Part shown: positions 10,301-23,297 of the stretch, one piece after another
How positions within the stretch are numbered: position 1 is the stretch's first letter
Layout: the number at the start of each line of letters is the position of its first letter
Assembly (NCBI GenBank): GCA_000708835.1
Contig: DF237266.1
Location: forward strand, 1 to 64,000
DNA: 64,000 bases
From: Klebsormidium nitens
Taxonomy: Eukaryota; Plantae; Klebsormidiophyceae
Direction: 5' to 3'
Made by a program: the position numbers and the translations under genes
Notes under the pieces: model-generated
The model's database searches: none
What the model was told of the DNA's origin: nothing
What the model saw: the letters and a program-made list of their open reading frames with translations, nothing else

Positions 10301-13300
10301 AATTTTGTTGCAAAGAACGGAGAGTGTAAGAATTCGAGCGAACTGGTCAATCATGAACGGGAACATGGTCAACATCCGAGGTCATTGATTCAAGTGCGGT
10401 ATTTGACCGCCGACTTGTGACGTTTCGCTATCGGTTGACCGAGAAGCAAGATTTGCGAAGGTTGTTTCAGTAGAAGCCATTCGCAGCCTGTTTACTACTA
10501 GACACATAATCATCGGACGTTCGCATCCCCTCACGAGCTCACCGTCAGCGAGCGTCCGCTTGACCCAACCTTTTTCTCATTGCCCTCTTTTCCTGCAGCT
10601 CGCATTTGGAGGTATTGGCCCGAGAAGCCGGTTTCTGAAGGTGGGTTCTTCCGCTGTCCTAACCTGCATTTACTACGGCCCTCTCGTGATCATTTACTCG
10701 ATTTGACGTCATCGTCGTGCGTGCAAACGACTCTGAGACGACAGGAGCAGTCTGCAAGAAGTCTCTTCTTAAGACCTCATGACATATGCGGTATGAGCCA
10801 GCAAGATGGTGGAGTTCGTTACCGAGACGGTCTCGGCTTTTGTCAAGCGCTGTTGTTTCGCGGACCCACTCCCGGATGCTTTCTCTGGTCGAACAGCTTT
10901 TAGCGAGCTGAGCCGTCCGGATGAAAAAATAATGGAGCTCGAAGAGGTTTTGGGAGCTAAACGGGACGCAGATATGGTCAATCCATCGGCCATTACGCAG
11001 ATTTTGACCGGACTATGTCCCAACGAAGAGCGTCCTTCTTCGCAGGTTTACAAGTTCGCCTTGCAAGCACTCGCCGTGCCCGCTTTCGTGGGAAGCTTTT
11101 ACTTGCCGCAGGTCAGGATTTTCTTGGAGCCACTCTCCTTCTTCCTTTTTGTCTCCATGTTTTCCCCTCAAACCTCCGTCCACTTCCTGGCCGTTCAAAA
11201 GCACTGAATTGCAATCCTGCAATCCAATGGGCTTTCAGTGGGGAATCCATCTTGAAACGGCATAATGGGCAGACGCACCTATCAGTGTTCCGGCGTCGAA
11301 GTCCTCTCTCGCCGTCGAAGCTGAAACTGTTGTTCTTCGCCGGTCGAGGTTGCCGAAGTAGACCTGCCAGGGTTACGTACTAACCCTTGGGTTGCCCGCT
11401 TCCCCGCAGGGCTTGCTCCTTTACTGGGTCACCAACAACTGCTGCTCCCTCGGGCAGGTACGCCGGGCTTTTCTGAGCCGCCGTTTTGTGCTTGCGCGCT
11501 CCGTTCCTTTTGTTCTGACTCGAATCCACTGGAATCGACTTCCGCGTTTGAGTTGCTCGCTTTGGTGATCTCATCGCGCCCAAATAACTGTCGCACCTCA
11601 CTCGTTGCAACTGCCTAGATTGGAGCACGAAAGTCGCGGGCCAAATCTGGAAGACTCTGCGGGCTGTTGTGTCCATAAGCTACGCAGCAACTCGCCTCTG
11701 GAAGACGACCTCCCGTGAACAGACTCTCAGTCGAACCTGAGCGTAAACGCAAGGACCCGTCTACCTGGTCGCTTTGACCATTTGTCCGAGAAGCTCACAA
11801 CTCACCGATCCCTCCGTTCGAGTTCCCTTCAAAGAGCATGTCAGCATCTTCTGAAAACCCCCCCACAGTCTACGTTTTTTGAAGCCTAAGGAAATCAGTC
11901 TCTAGTCTTGGACACAGTACACAAGCCCATCGCCGATCCGTATCGTGCAGAATCTGGCAGTTAGAAGCACTGCGGTCCGAGCAGCGCTCGGGCTTCCGCC
12001 TCTTCCCGACCGGAAGCCCTCGGGAACGGAACCGGAAGCCGTTCCGGTCACGGACGAGATGATTGCGAAGATGGACGTCAACGAGCTTGTGCAGGTGAGG
12101 TGACGTTAGCAAAAGAGCGCATGCGAGGTCATCGAGCGAGTTCAAGTCGGGGATCAATGCGATCAAGATGCTCGTCGATATTTTCATTAATCGGATTTGT
12201 CCAGAGGCATGCGCGAGCGTCAGCCTGGTGTGTGCAGTGGTCTGACCCCTTTTCCGCCTTCACCCTGCAGATTGCTGCCACGTGTCAGGCGCAGAGACGA
12301 CCGGAGGAGGCCATCAAGTTTCTTAAGTAAGACTGCTAAGCTCTTCCTTTCTCATTCTTGATTCTTCTAGGACGGCCCTGCCCCAACCTCGTATTAGTCT
12401 TTGCGAGTCCTTCACATGTTCAATGCGCTTCGTATGTGTTTCCTCCCTCCACGACTAATCTTGATTGTGCACCAGAACAACAAAGGTTCAGTAGGCTATT
12501 TCGCCCGCTCAAGTTGACGTTTCCGCTTCTACTTGTCTCATTGACAGCCGTCGTGGAACCCTCGTATCTGGCTTATAATCCGAGCACGCCTTTACATTCG
12601 CATCCGTGCCTATTTCGGCCCCTTCACACTCCTCATGCGGAATCCCGGCCACAAGGCGCCTATTCACATCGACCGCTCCTTAAGAACAGCCCACAAGGCC
12701 CCTATTCACACTGACTGTTTCCTTACAGAAAAGCCCACAAGGCGCCTATTCACACTGACTGTTTCCTTACAAAAAACCCACAAGGCGCCTGTTCACACTG
12801 ACTGTGTCCTTACAGAAAAGCCCTGGCGCGGAGCCCCGAGGAGGCCAGCATCTTTTACGCGCTCGGCAAGACGCACGTGGGGCTGAGGAAGTGGGAGGAG
12901 GCGGCGGAGTATCACGGCCAAGCAGCGGGCTATGTGAGCAGTAACCAGGGGTTTATATAATGTGGTAATTTTCTGAGTGCTTATGCCACGGATAGCGATC
13001 CTGGCAGTTTCCGACTGTGGTCTACTGGTGGCAAAGTGTGGGAAATGGCGGGAAGGTCGTTTTTCAGGGCAGGTAGAGGTGACGGCGGAAGCGTTTGGAG
13101 GCTGAGCCTCATCATGTACGGTGTGGTGAACGCTGTCTTCGTTGCTGTTCAGATGGGGGGCTGTAGGCTGGTTCCGGCTCGCAAAACCAAATCATTCTTG
13201 GAAACCACTGGTCGCAGTATCTCAAGCGTCAGAGAACGTTTGATTAGAACACTTCCCGTGGTTTGCGGGTAGACCAGCGTGCGCTTTTGTTGACACGATA

Positions 13301-14537
13301 AATGGACTGGTAGTTGCAGCAGCCATGCTGACGTCATGCTCACGTTGTCTCTACCAACGCAGGCACAGGACGACGAGCTCCGGGGGAAGGCGCTTTACGG
13401 GCTGGGCATCGCAGCGTTCAATCAGGTATGGGGAGAAGCCCGACCTTTTCGAGGCTTGATTGTTAGCAAAGGCGTTTTGTAGTTTCAAAAACGCAGTCTC
13501 AGGCTTTGCTTCTTCCAAATATGTTTGGCAGCTGGCAGCTTTACCATCCCGTATCGTCGTTATCGCCGGCTGCACGGGAGTCAGAGTTTCAATGTTTCCT
13601 TTGCGATGGTTTCAGCCGGTCGACAGATTAGCCGCTGAGCTCGCATCCGCCGCCGTCAATGTGGTAACGTCACACCTGCTAAAAATACGGTCCACTCGGG
13701 ATCAGCTCGACATCAGCAGCCGTTCGGCCAGGGCTTCATTGCCGGGCTCTTCTGGAAATCATCTTAAAATGGGCGCCTGTTTTGGCCCTTTCTGCAGGGC
13801 AAAGTGCCGGAAGCTGTTGCAGCTCTTCGAGAGGCCGCTGCGCTGCGGCCTGACGATCTCGAGGGGCAGCTTTCCCTGGCCAGGTGGGCGATTTGAGAGC
13901 GGTCTAATGTGAAAAAAGTTTTTTGAAGAATCGAAAGAACTGGCTGCCCGCGAGAGCACTTTGACCGTGGTTGTTTTATTCAGTCGAAAGGTCGAGAGAA
14001 TCTGTCCAGGTGTGCCATGGTCAGGATGCTGTAGCTCCAAAATGACGCTTTTACGGATCCATGTCTGATTCAATGAGGGCTGCTGCGCCTTCTATGCATG
14101 TCAGTATCTCGAGCTGCTCTCGGAAAGACGTCTGCATTGTTGAGTGAGTAAGAGGCGGCCGCTTTTCCTGAAATAGTGCTTGAACATTGCATGGTTTGCT
14201 CCGAAAAGCATGATACAATGCAAGTGGCACGATCTAAAGGTCGACTGCACAGCAATTACATTCTTAACGCCTGAGAATACAATTCTCTTCAAGGGAATGT
14301 AATTCTTCACTTCAAGGGAAGCGAAGCCTTCTCGAATGGTCAGCTTTGCTGAGTTGTGGTGCTGTTCCGGTCTCCTGATGCAGTGTGCTCAGCCGGAATG
14401 GCGACAAAGCGGCGGCTCTCGAGGTTGTTCGAAAGGCTGCACGCCTGGAGCCAAAATTGCAAAAGTACATTGAGGAGTTGGAAGAGGAGTTGCGGACGCA
14501 AGCTGACGCAGCAAATGCGGCGGAGGGGAGGAGATGA
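7332..14537 (+). CDS. OXA2: Mitochondrial inner-membrane insertase of the OXA1/COX18/ALB3 family with C-terminal TPR domain (plant OXA2 / ALBINO3-like 2 type)
   Basis: In-frame exons give DGVHSVTGLPW-WSTIIVSTLLMRSVLLPL, KCPNPAWFLAVPAVQ-IPIFVSSMLALRQMTAEGHPGFDT-GGMLWFTDLT, VYKFALQALAVPAFVGSFYLPQ-GLLLYWVTNN (YidC/Oxa1 core). TPR-like exons follow: KALARSPEEASIFYALGKTHVGLRKWEEAAEY, KALYGLGIAAFNQ-GKVPEAVAALREAAALRP, ending with TGA at 14535-14537. The start MALFRGALQRSALRSL is presequence-like; an upstream in-frame ATG exists at 7251. Confidence 0.9.
12651..12820 (+). repeat. ~43-bp tandem repeat (4 copies) made of the intron 3' end and splice acceptor of an OXA2 exon
   Basis: ACAAGG recurs at 12651, 12693, 12737 and 12780 (periods 42, 44, 43). 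The unit is approximately CCCACAAGGCGCCTATTCACACTGACTGTTTCCTTACAGAAAAG, and the last copy supplies the acceptor used (AG at 12814-12815). Confidence 0.9.
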
Positions 14538-15640
14538 CGTCCGACCCGCTCTTTTTTTGGTCGTCAGACGGTAACGACTTTCTCGGAATCATTCAAATTA
14601 AGGCAGCGGGAACTCGGTGACCTGGATTTCTATCCGGGGCTATGCATTGGTCTGTCTCCGCCGCGCGCCCAATCAATGGGAGTCCATGAAGAAAAGTAGA
14701 CCTTGATTGTCAGCATGCACATGCATGTACGGATATTGTCCCGCCATCATGACTGGCAACACATTCCAACATTCAAGGTTTCGCTTGTGCGCTCGGCTTC
14801 CTAGATGTTGTTTATAGCACTGTTGTGGCTGGAGCATGGACTACGGATTTGCTGGCGCTCCACGAGCGATAATCTGGTGCGTACGATCTTTATCTACGCT
14901 AAGCATCCAATATGCAATTATACCTTCTGGAGGGACACTTAGGTCACGCAAATGGTCGGGATAACCTAGCTGCGGCCTTTACATGGAGTCGGGCGGCTAG
15001 GCATCGACATATGACTGCCGATGCTCTCGCGCGTGGCCGGCACGCATACATGGATTGAGCTCCCCGGGCCGCGCCAGAATAATAAAGTGTGGACACCGAG
15101 GACCGCACTATCCAAATCTGATTCGAGCATTGCCGGGGCCATGACGACAGCGCGATCAATTGCGCCGCGACGGTGCAACAAGCTGACCGCGTATATACAA
15201 TGAAAATAAAGGTGCATGCTGAGTCTTTTTGCGGGTCAACTTCATATGCAACTTTACATACTAAACCGATGCGCGCAAAGTTCAGTCGTCCTTGCCAATT
15301 TACAGAAGGTAAACATGGCAGCACTTCATCGCTGTGTTGATATGATATCTATGATCATAGCCAGTGGCCGGCCGGTCTATTTGCCCGTCATGCATTAGCC
15401 AGGCACCGCTTGAAAGGTTTATAGGCCGCAGCTTTCCTCAATTAATCACACGTGGCGCACGTCTCTTCCCTCACTACATGAGCTCCGCTTTGTGGAGTTC
15501 GGTTTGATCAATGTGTTGCATTCTCACGGCCTTTAACTATGCTATGAATCTCCGTACAGTCTAAGGTTACCTCCGGCCGTCAGTGCACTCTCCGTCGATC
15601 TATGCTGAAACCTACCTCTAAAAGCTTCCTTGACTAGCTG

Positions 15641-18600
15641 CTACTGTAGGTGCTGCTGGAAAGTGGGGCTCTCGCTGATGACTTTGGCCGCAAGTTCGCG
15701 TACGTCCTCCCGCAACGACTCCCTCGAAATGCGCTCCAGCTCCGCTAGCGCGTTTTCGGCAACCATGTCCTCAGCGTTCACCTCGTGTTGCGCGAGGTGG
15801 CAGAGTGCAAGCTCCACGTGCCGCTTCACGGAGGCTGTACATGACAGGGATTTGCACGTCTTTCCAACCGTTGCACAGAAAAAGTGATCCAGCACTACAT
15901 CGTAGTGTCTTCTACCAAGAGATCATTGGCAGTAAAAACCCAGGTAACCACGTGAAGCGAAAACGCTCTCTTCTGTGCAATACAAAACGCAGCTTGATAG
16001 ACTTCGTTCCTCTACAACCTAGCAAGATCGGCAAGAACAAACTCTCAGGGTTTGCTTTCAGACCTCAATATTACGTTTTCGATGAGAGACAAGCAAATCG
16101 TAACGACACAAAAGAATGGAAATGATATATCAACATGTTGTACTAGGACGTATACCTGTTGGAGCCGTTGCGTGCTCGACCAGCCACCCGAGGGCCCCTT
16201 CCTCTATCAGCATAGACTTTCCCGATTTGTCGCACTTGGCAAAGTTGGCAAAGCCGCGAGCAACCTGCAGGTAAGGGAATTCCCATACTGCTTGGGCGCT
16301 CAAAAACAATTTCCGCTGCAAAATTACTATTGGCCCTCAACCCCTTCAATGCACCCAGACTCAAGCATCGATGTGATTGGAGCACTCGCAGGTTGGCCAA
16401 AGAACCACTAGCTTCATACAACGTTGCTACTTCAACGTCCCTCAAGAGTCCTAATTCATGCACAATGTCGCTGAGACTCAAGGAAACCGCGGAAAGCGCA
16501 GTCCTTCGAGACAGGCAGCAGAGGATCCCCAACAGACTCTGCGCAACGACTACGTTTTCCCAAAAGCGCTTCCGGGTTCTTCTCCCGGCAAGGCTTCTTA
16601 CCTGCGCGAGGACCTCGGTGTGTTGCGTGGACGCCATGCTCAATAGCGCCCGCAGGCCGCCTTCTTCCCGAAGCTGGTGCTGCACCTTCTCGTTGCCGCA
16701 CAGGTTCGCGATCGCGCCCGCGACCATGCGCAGCGTCTGCGGGTCCTCGGCAGCTTCTGCACGCGCGCAACGAGATGACGTCAGGAGCTGCTCTCAAGAA
16801 AAGACCTAGCTGAAACTTTCAAGGGTTTGATTCTGGTGAACGATCGAAGGAGAGGTCCGTTTTATGCCAATGATGACAGTATTCAATAAGATTAATAAGT
16901 GGATGTACACAAATTACACCTTATCCGTTGCTCTTAAGATTTCATAGATCCCTCGCGCTGGATTTTCAAGCGAGCCTTCAGCAAAGCACTCGGAATCATT
17001 GAGGTATACTGTCGTTTTATTGCTCTCAAGCATCTTCTCTTAGCACGCCTTGCCGGTTCGAATTCTCACCTGACACTCCCACTAGCAGGTGTACCCCTTG
17101 CGCGTTCATGATGAGCTCCTGATTCGTTTCGTTCATGGCCAGGTTTGCAAGAGCGCCAGCCGCCACCCTTCGGCATGTCTCGTCGTCCGTGCTTTCCATC
17201 AGATTCAGTAACGACTGCAAGCCGCCTGCCTCCACTATCTTCTCCTGTAAAGTTCAGAAGTTGGCCTGGTAAAGTTGCAGCTATAGTCGCACTTCAACTG
17301 AAAACCATCGGTTGTGGCTTCTCCAAATTTTCGTCCTAGGTGCTTTGACAAAGAGAGTTTCCTTCCTATCCCCTCTTGCTGTTAGAGTCGGTTGTGGAAG
17401 GTAATTTGCGGGAACGACACAAGGTTGTCGGGAGGGGGAAGAATGTGAACGTAAGGTAAAAGAACCTTCTATTGTACGGCAGCTAAGGGATGAGGAGTTT
17501 TTCACTTTCGTACCTGGTTGGACTCCTCCGCTGCCAGGTTCGCGAGAACCTTGACTGCGTGCACTCGCACGTTAAGGTCTTCGTTTTCCAGTAACACCAG
17601 AATCTTCTCCAGGTCCTGACTCTCAAACAGCTTGCCCGTCGATATCTTTGGCCGCTTGTCGCTCTTCGGCGAGCCTCCATTGGGGCTCCCGTTCCCGTGT
17701 AACGAGGACGACCTGTAGAGCACGTGAAAGAAGCTGATCTCTCGTCGACCCGGTGGGGACTAGGAAGCGACACAATCATCTCCTCGGCTGGTTGGTTGGT
17801 CGCCTACCTGCTGAATTTTTCCGTGGTGCCTTGTCTTACAAGACTAAGCGCAGCATGCGGAAACTTAAAGAAGCTGGACACCCGTTGGAACTCACCATCT
17901 CAGGAACCATCTCCCCTTCCTGACTTTCGACAATCTACCACCGTGCAAGAACACAATCGCATACGCTCTTCCGGATCTTTCAGTGCTCGAATCTTCAGGT
18001 GCTCAAACCAAGCTTCAGTTCTGCCAACAATCTGAATGCGCACACATTTGGAAAGCGTCTTCAGATCCACTAGCTAGTCGCATCTTGTCTCTCTCCTGGT
18101 TTGAAAGCCGGCAAGAAATGCTCACCTCAGCTCTTCCAGTTGAGCTCTCAACCCCTCCACCTCCGCCCGCAAGCGCTCGCTCTCGGCCGTCAGACTCTCC
18201 ACAGCTGTCCGCAGATCCTCCGCGCCTTGATTGCTCTCGGCCAGTTGTGCCTCCACCGCCTCTCTCGCCCCCTGCTCCTGAGCCAGCGCACTCCGCAGCC
18301 CGGACATTTGAGCGTCCGCATCCGCTTGCGAAGCGCTGTTCTGCTCGGCGGACTGGCGGACCGCTGCCAAGTCCGCTGCCAAGGCCTGCCGCGCCTGCGT
18401 CTCGGTTGCGAGCTGCTTCTTGATCCGGGTCAACTCGTCGGCGTGCTTCTTGCGTGCTGCTGCCAGGGCGTCCTGCGAAGGGAATCCTCGATCTGCACCT
18501 CGCCTACTTTAGCACCATCATCAAGACGGACACCAACAATTGTTGAGCCCGCCGCCACCATCCGCTGACGATTCAAACGACTGGCGACGGTGAGAGAAAA

Positions 18601-21600
18601 GCCACGGACTCTGCTAAAAGCAAACAATTTCCTTACCGCCACTTGCAGCTTGATTCAGATTGATTGTTAATATTCGTCGCTCCTTGAGGCGTAAGGATAT
18701 CTTCAGGTACCTCTGGCCTCGATGATCACAAGATCGCGCCTAATCTACAGTAGAGTTGAGACGCACTAGACATACTACAGGCATGGGGGTCTGCCAAAGG
18801 AATGCTTCGCGAGCACGCTCACTTTTGACGCTGCGATCTCCTTCGTTTGTTCTTCAATCTTTCTATTGAACTCTGCTCTCTGGGCGTCGGCTTGAGCGAG
18901 CTTTTGCTCAACCTGCAAGGGGAAAGGGAGAAGAACATTACGGAAGTCGAGGATTTATGGACATGAGTCCGGCCTACTGAGCGCTTTCGAGCTAGATGAG
19001 ATCCTCCCTTGAATGGTCAGCGAAGCACCGGAGTCGTTGCCCAGTATGTTCACGCGTTCGTTCACTTTGTTGCAATGAATCCTACACCTTAAAAGCCCAA
19101 AGAGTGAGGCTGAACCGGGGTTGAACTTACCAGAGCCTCTCTCAACTCGATTTCACTCTGTCGTATCTCCATCTGCGCCGTCATGTGGTCAAGCTCCGCT
19201 TGAGTCTTCTTTTGAAGTGTCTTGTAGTCAATCTCCTCCTTCATTTTCACCATATTCTCCACCTGCAGCGATTGTTGGGTGAATGAGCTTACCAAGGATC
19301 CTAAAAACATCTGCTTGCAATCTTTACAAAGCACGCAGTGTTACCGACTTCGCCATCATCACAGTCATTTGCAGCAAACCTTCAAGAACAGCCGGATCAA
19401 TCAAAGAATCCTCTGAAGCCTGCTCATCCAAGCGAGAACAATGCAATCTGGACTTTTATTGTCAAACCACTCGCTGTTGGGAAAGGTACCAACACCGGTT
19501 TTCGACGAGCGCAGGGCTTCGCCTCACCTTCATTGCTCGTTGGCCAAATTGGATCGTGCTTGCCGTCTCGCTCCTCTGCACAGCTGAAGGGCTGATCGTG
19601 ATCACGAGGGAAGTGCGTGCGCTTCCTCCAAACGAGTCTCTCAGTAACCGAGTCAGCTTTGAGTCGCGTGTGGGAATATGGGGGCTCCCCTCTGCTAGAG
19701 CGTTGACACACTTGCCAAGCGCCGTCAAGGACAGATTGATAAACTTTGCCTCTTCCGCATGCGTGCCTTCTGCTCCTGACTTTTGCAGGCGCTCCGAGCC
19801 CGCAAGATCCACTATGAGGAGCTTCCCCTTCTTGAATGTCGGCACTCCCCCCTCCTCAGTGACTGAGGCTTTCCGGACAGAGACGAGCAGGATGGCATGG
19901 GAACGACTGGACTCGGTGTTCATCTTCGTGTTTGCTGCGGCTCGATTCACTTCCCCCGTTTGTAAGCAGTGAAGGAAATCCTCGAAGTTTCGAACCTCAA
20001 CACTCGTAGCTCCTGCAAAGCAAAGGTCAGCTTTTTGACAAGAGGTTTGACGACAATGTCGGGTCACCAACGCCTTGTGGAGATGGATCTAAATAGCATG
20101 CAAAAAGATAGCTTCGTCAATGTCGAAAGCCGAGGAAAATCATACGTAATTGCTGGCCTAAATTTACTGGATCCCAAGGAATAAAGCAGCAGTATACCTT
20201 GAGGAATCAAGATTTCTTTTCGGAACGTCTCATACGTGCTCCATGCTTACCTGGCACTTGCACCTCCCCACTCTTGTTGTCTTCTTGGACCGCTAGATTG
20301 TCTTTGTCTGTATTCAGTAGATCTTGCACCCGTTCGTTGTACAATTGCAGGTACGAGATACTTAAGCTGTCTGTGTTCCGGTCAGTGCTATCTAATAGCT
20401 GCTCCATAGCTCGAGCCATGATTCCCTTCTGGCTAGAATCTTTCGTCCCAAGCGATCCCAGAGTGTAAGTTTTGCCAGTTCCAGTTTGTCCATAGGCCAT
20501 GATAGTGCCGTTGTATCCTTCCAACACACTCTGCAGATCAGCACAAAGTAAGATTGAATATGTTGGATGGCTTTCTTGTCAGAGGGCGGGACAATCAGCT
20601 TGCGTACACAAATGTGCACAAATGGCAGCACTGTATGTTGAAACTAACCAATCACTGAAGGGCCAGTAACTGCAGAGATGCTGCCAATAATAGCTTTGAT
20701 AGGGTCTACCTTGAAATGCATCAATTTTGCAGCTTAATATGCCAGTGGCTTTCAATTAAGGCATTGGGACATGGTGCCTTGGACTATCAAAGGACAAAAA
20801 CTGAGAAGAGCGGAGCTGTTGAAAACAAGCGGCACTGATAATTATCATTTAAGTCCTTACCTCAACAACTGGCCTTGCAACAATCTCGTAGACTTTCTTC
20901 TGAGATGAGGTGTCGGAGAGGACATCATCAAACAGGTATGTCTCGCCATCCCAATTGTTCTTCTTAAGTTTCAAGCGGTGTGCCTCTGGTTCGAGCTCAA
21001 CGGCCTCGGAAAAGTCTGCTTCTGCATTCTTCTCTGCTGCAGTCTTTGGTCTACAGCGTACCACAACACGTACCTGGACGTGGAAGTATATTCTTGCATT
21101 GAATCTACTATCGTTTCAAGGTCTTCCAAACTTCCTTCGTGCAGAACCGCTGTGCAGCAGCACTTTCCTTTCACATGCACTTTTCATATCATTATCATGC
21201 GTTTCATTTGACGAAATAATCCACGGGGAGAAACGAGGTAGGCCAGCTTCTATCTGCTTTCTCATTTGCAAATACTTAACATGCAGACCACTTTGAGCTG
21301 CATCACCTGCAACTTGAAAGACAGGTTGACTCGCAAAGGCTATCTGTGCTCGAGAATCAGGAGCAGCGGCAGAAACCAGATTGATGCGCATTTTGCGGAT
21401 CACAAGCCACCACTGCTTGTTTTGCCTATCGTTTTCTGATCATAGTCCGCCATTCAGTTGAGAAACTTACCCTTCCGTTGGGAGCTCCTTTAACACCATG
21501 GCTGTGTCCATTTTGAGCTCGGGGCGTCGACGGCGTGCTTGCCGCCAAAGGGCTCATTCTAGTAAGTGATGCTTCCGTCACAGACTGAGCGGATCTCTTG

Positions 21601-21839
21601 ACCTCAAGACTGGAGTTTGATCCTGCCCGTTTCATATCCGGCGTACCTGGCCTACTGCCACTCGGCTTTGCTTTCGAGCTACTCGTATCCTGCGCTTCAC
21701 TTCGATGATTCGGGGATGCATTACCAGGATTTATACTTAGGGTTTTCTTGAGACTGAAGGATGTTGCACTTGGTGCCCGAGACAAACCAGAGGAAGCCAA
21801 ATCTGCTGTCCCAGATTTTGCTTTCACCGGTGTCGGCAT
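15641..21839 (-). CDS. ARK: Armadillo repeat-containing kinesin (ARK family)
   Basis: Kinesin motor motifs: VVVRCRP, GYNGTIMAYGQTGTGKT (P-loop), NTESSRSHAIL (switch I), KLLIVDLAGSER (switch II), HIPTRDSKLTRLLRDSFGG. Coiled-coil exons follow (~19300-18120), then ARM repeats (VRVHAVKVLANLAAEESNQ, RRVAAGALANLAMNETNQ, RMVAGAIANLCGNEK, HVELALCHLAQHEVNA). Stop is at 15641-15643. The first ATG is 21839; the ORF track's 21842 is a GTG. Confidence 0.93.
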
Positions 21840-22852
21840 CACTCACTTTTGATGAAGTGATCTCTTGTTGTTCCTTGAAATAAACCATCGCGCAGTATTA
21901 GGCGCAGGATCACATACTTCGAACGCCAAGCTTCTCGCGCTCTACAAGCTTAAGCCTTGCCAAGATCAGAGGAATGCTGTTTATCAACTCAAGGAAGAGG
22001 GGAAGGTCGCTCTCTGTGACATTCAATCCAGGTCGAGGAGCCTAGAGAATGCAGACAGGTTGTTCTTATCGAGGCCCCTTGAGTCGCTGTCTTACTGTAG
22101 CCTGATCATGCAGTCTAATGAGAATGACTCTGGCTCAAAAATCCATATTGAACCAATAATCTTCGTTCGCAATCTGCATGCGGCAGATTCAAGACTCAAC
22201 TTTCAAGCCCCCGAGTACGGTGTGCCCTGTTTTCATTCGTACAGTGGTGACGACAGAGGTTGTGCTCGGGTTTTGTACGGACATCAGCTTGAATGACTGG
22301 CGCGGAATGGTGAGTCTCAATCTCAGTGGCCTTATGTAAATTCTCCAGAACCTAAGCAACCAAAATACATGAGTCGATACCCGATTACTTGGTGAGTACC
22401 GGCTCTACTAGTACTAGTACAGGAGAGGCTAAGGTTGTCCTTATATATATCTAGCGTAAGTCTGACCATAAGCCGTACTTACCACATTTCTCATTCATGC
22501 AATCAAGCGCTCCAATTTTACCTTGCACATTTCTCGATCTGTAGCAACCATGGATAGGGCAATCCGGTAAGCATCCAAATCAGGAACATAGTGAGCTTTA
22601 TGAGCTTGCAGAACTTTCAAACAAAACTTAGGTTTGATTGAATCCGGAGTGCTTGGTAGGCTGCCGCCTGAACACCAACCGCCGATTGATCGGACGGCTT
22701 TCCTGGATCATCATCTGATGCCGGACGGTCGAAGCTAGCTCTGGCAACTAGACGCGATTTGGCGCGCGCAACATTTCTAATCCACCCAGGCTTGCAAGTT
22801 GCATGGATCAGTGCAGCTGCAGCACGACTGCTTGATGGAATGTGGCACTGGT

Positions 22853-23297
22853 GCAAGAGGCACATTGAAACTTGTGAACTCCTTTCGAAAGTTCGGACGC
22901 GGACGGTTCCTGTCGCCGGTCAGGTCGACAAAGCCTGCGACCGGTATTTTTCATCGCCCTGCCAACCGGGTGGTCCTAATCACACTAAAATCCTAGGAAT
23001 AAGTGCTCAGCCGTTAGTGGAAACCCTAATCTGAAAGCAGTCACAGGGAAGGGACGTGACCCTAACAAACCGTCACAGGAAGTGGCGTAACCCTAACACA
23101 CCATCAGTACTTTGTGACTTAACCCTAATGTCCAGAGAGTGCCCGGTTGCTCTGCCGGGTACCGTACTCGTATTAAACGGTGTATACCGTCCGCCAATAC
23201 CAATCCGCGCCGGTCCTACCCAAAACACTGCCGGGACAAAGACCGTCCGCGTCCGAACTTTCGAAAGGCGTAAGTTCACAAGTTTTGTACGTTTTGC
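22853..23297. mobile_element. Non-autonomous Mutator-like (MULE) element, 445 bp, with 9-bp target-site duplication
   Basis: GGCACTGGT directly flanks both ends (22844-22852 and 23298-23306). Imperfect ~65-bp TIRs: left GCAAGAGGCACATTGAAACTTGTGAACTCCTTTCGAAAGTTCGGACGCGGACGG versus reverse-complemented right GCAAAACGTACAAAACTTGTGAACTTACGCCTTTCGAAAGTTCGGACGCGGACGG. G...C termini with a 9-bp TSD are typical of Mutator. No transposase ORF. Confidence 0.8.

Noticed and set aside
12651-12820. ~43-bp repeats as a CRISPR array
   Set aside because: The copies are contiguous with no unique spacers, lie in a eukaryotic intron, and there are no cas genes.
16870-16876. ATGATGA box-C-like motif suggesting a snoRNA
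   Set aside because: It is antisense to the host intron, and I see no suitably placed CTGA box D or terminal stem.
17055-17065. GGTTCGAATTC T-loop-like motif suggesting a tRNA
   Set aside because: No D-arm, anticodon stem or acceptor stem can be built around it, and it lies in an ARK intron.
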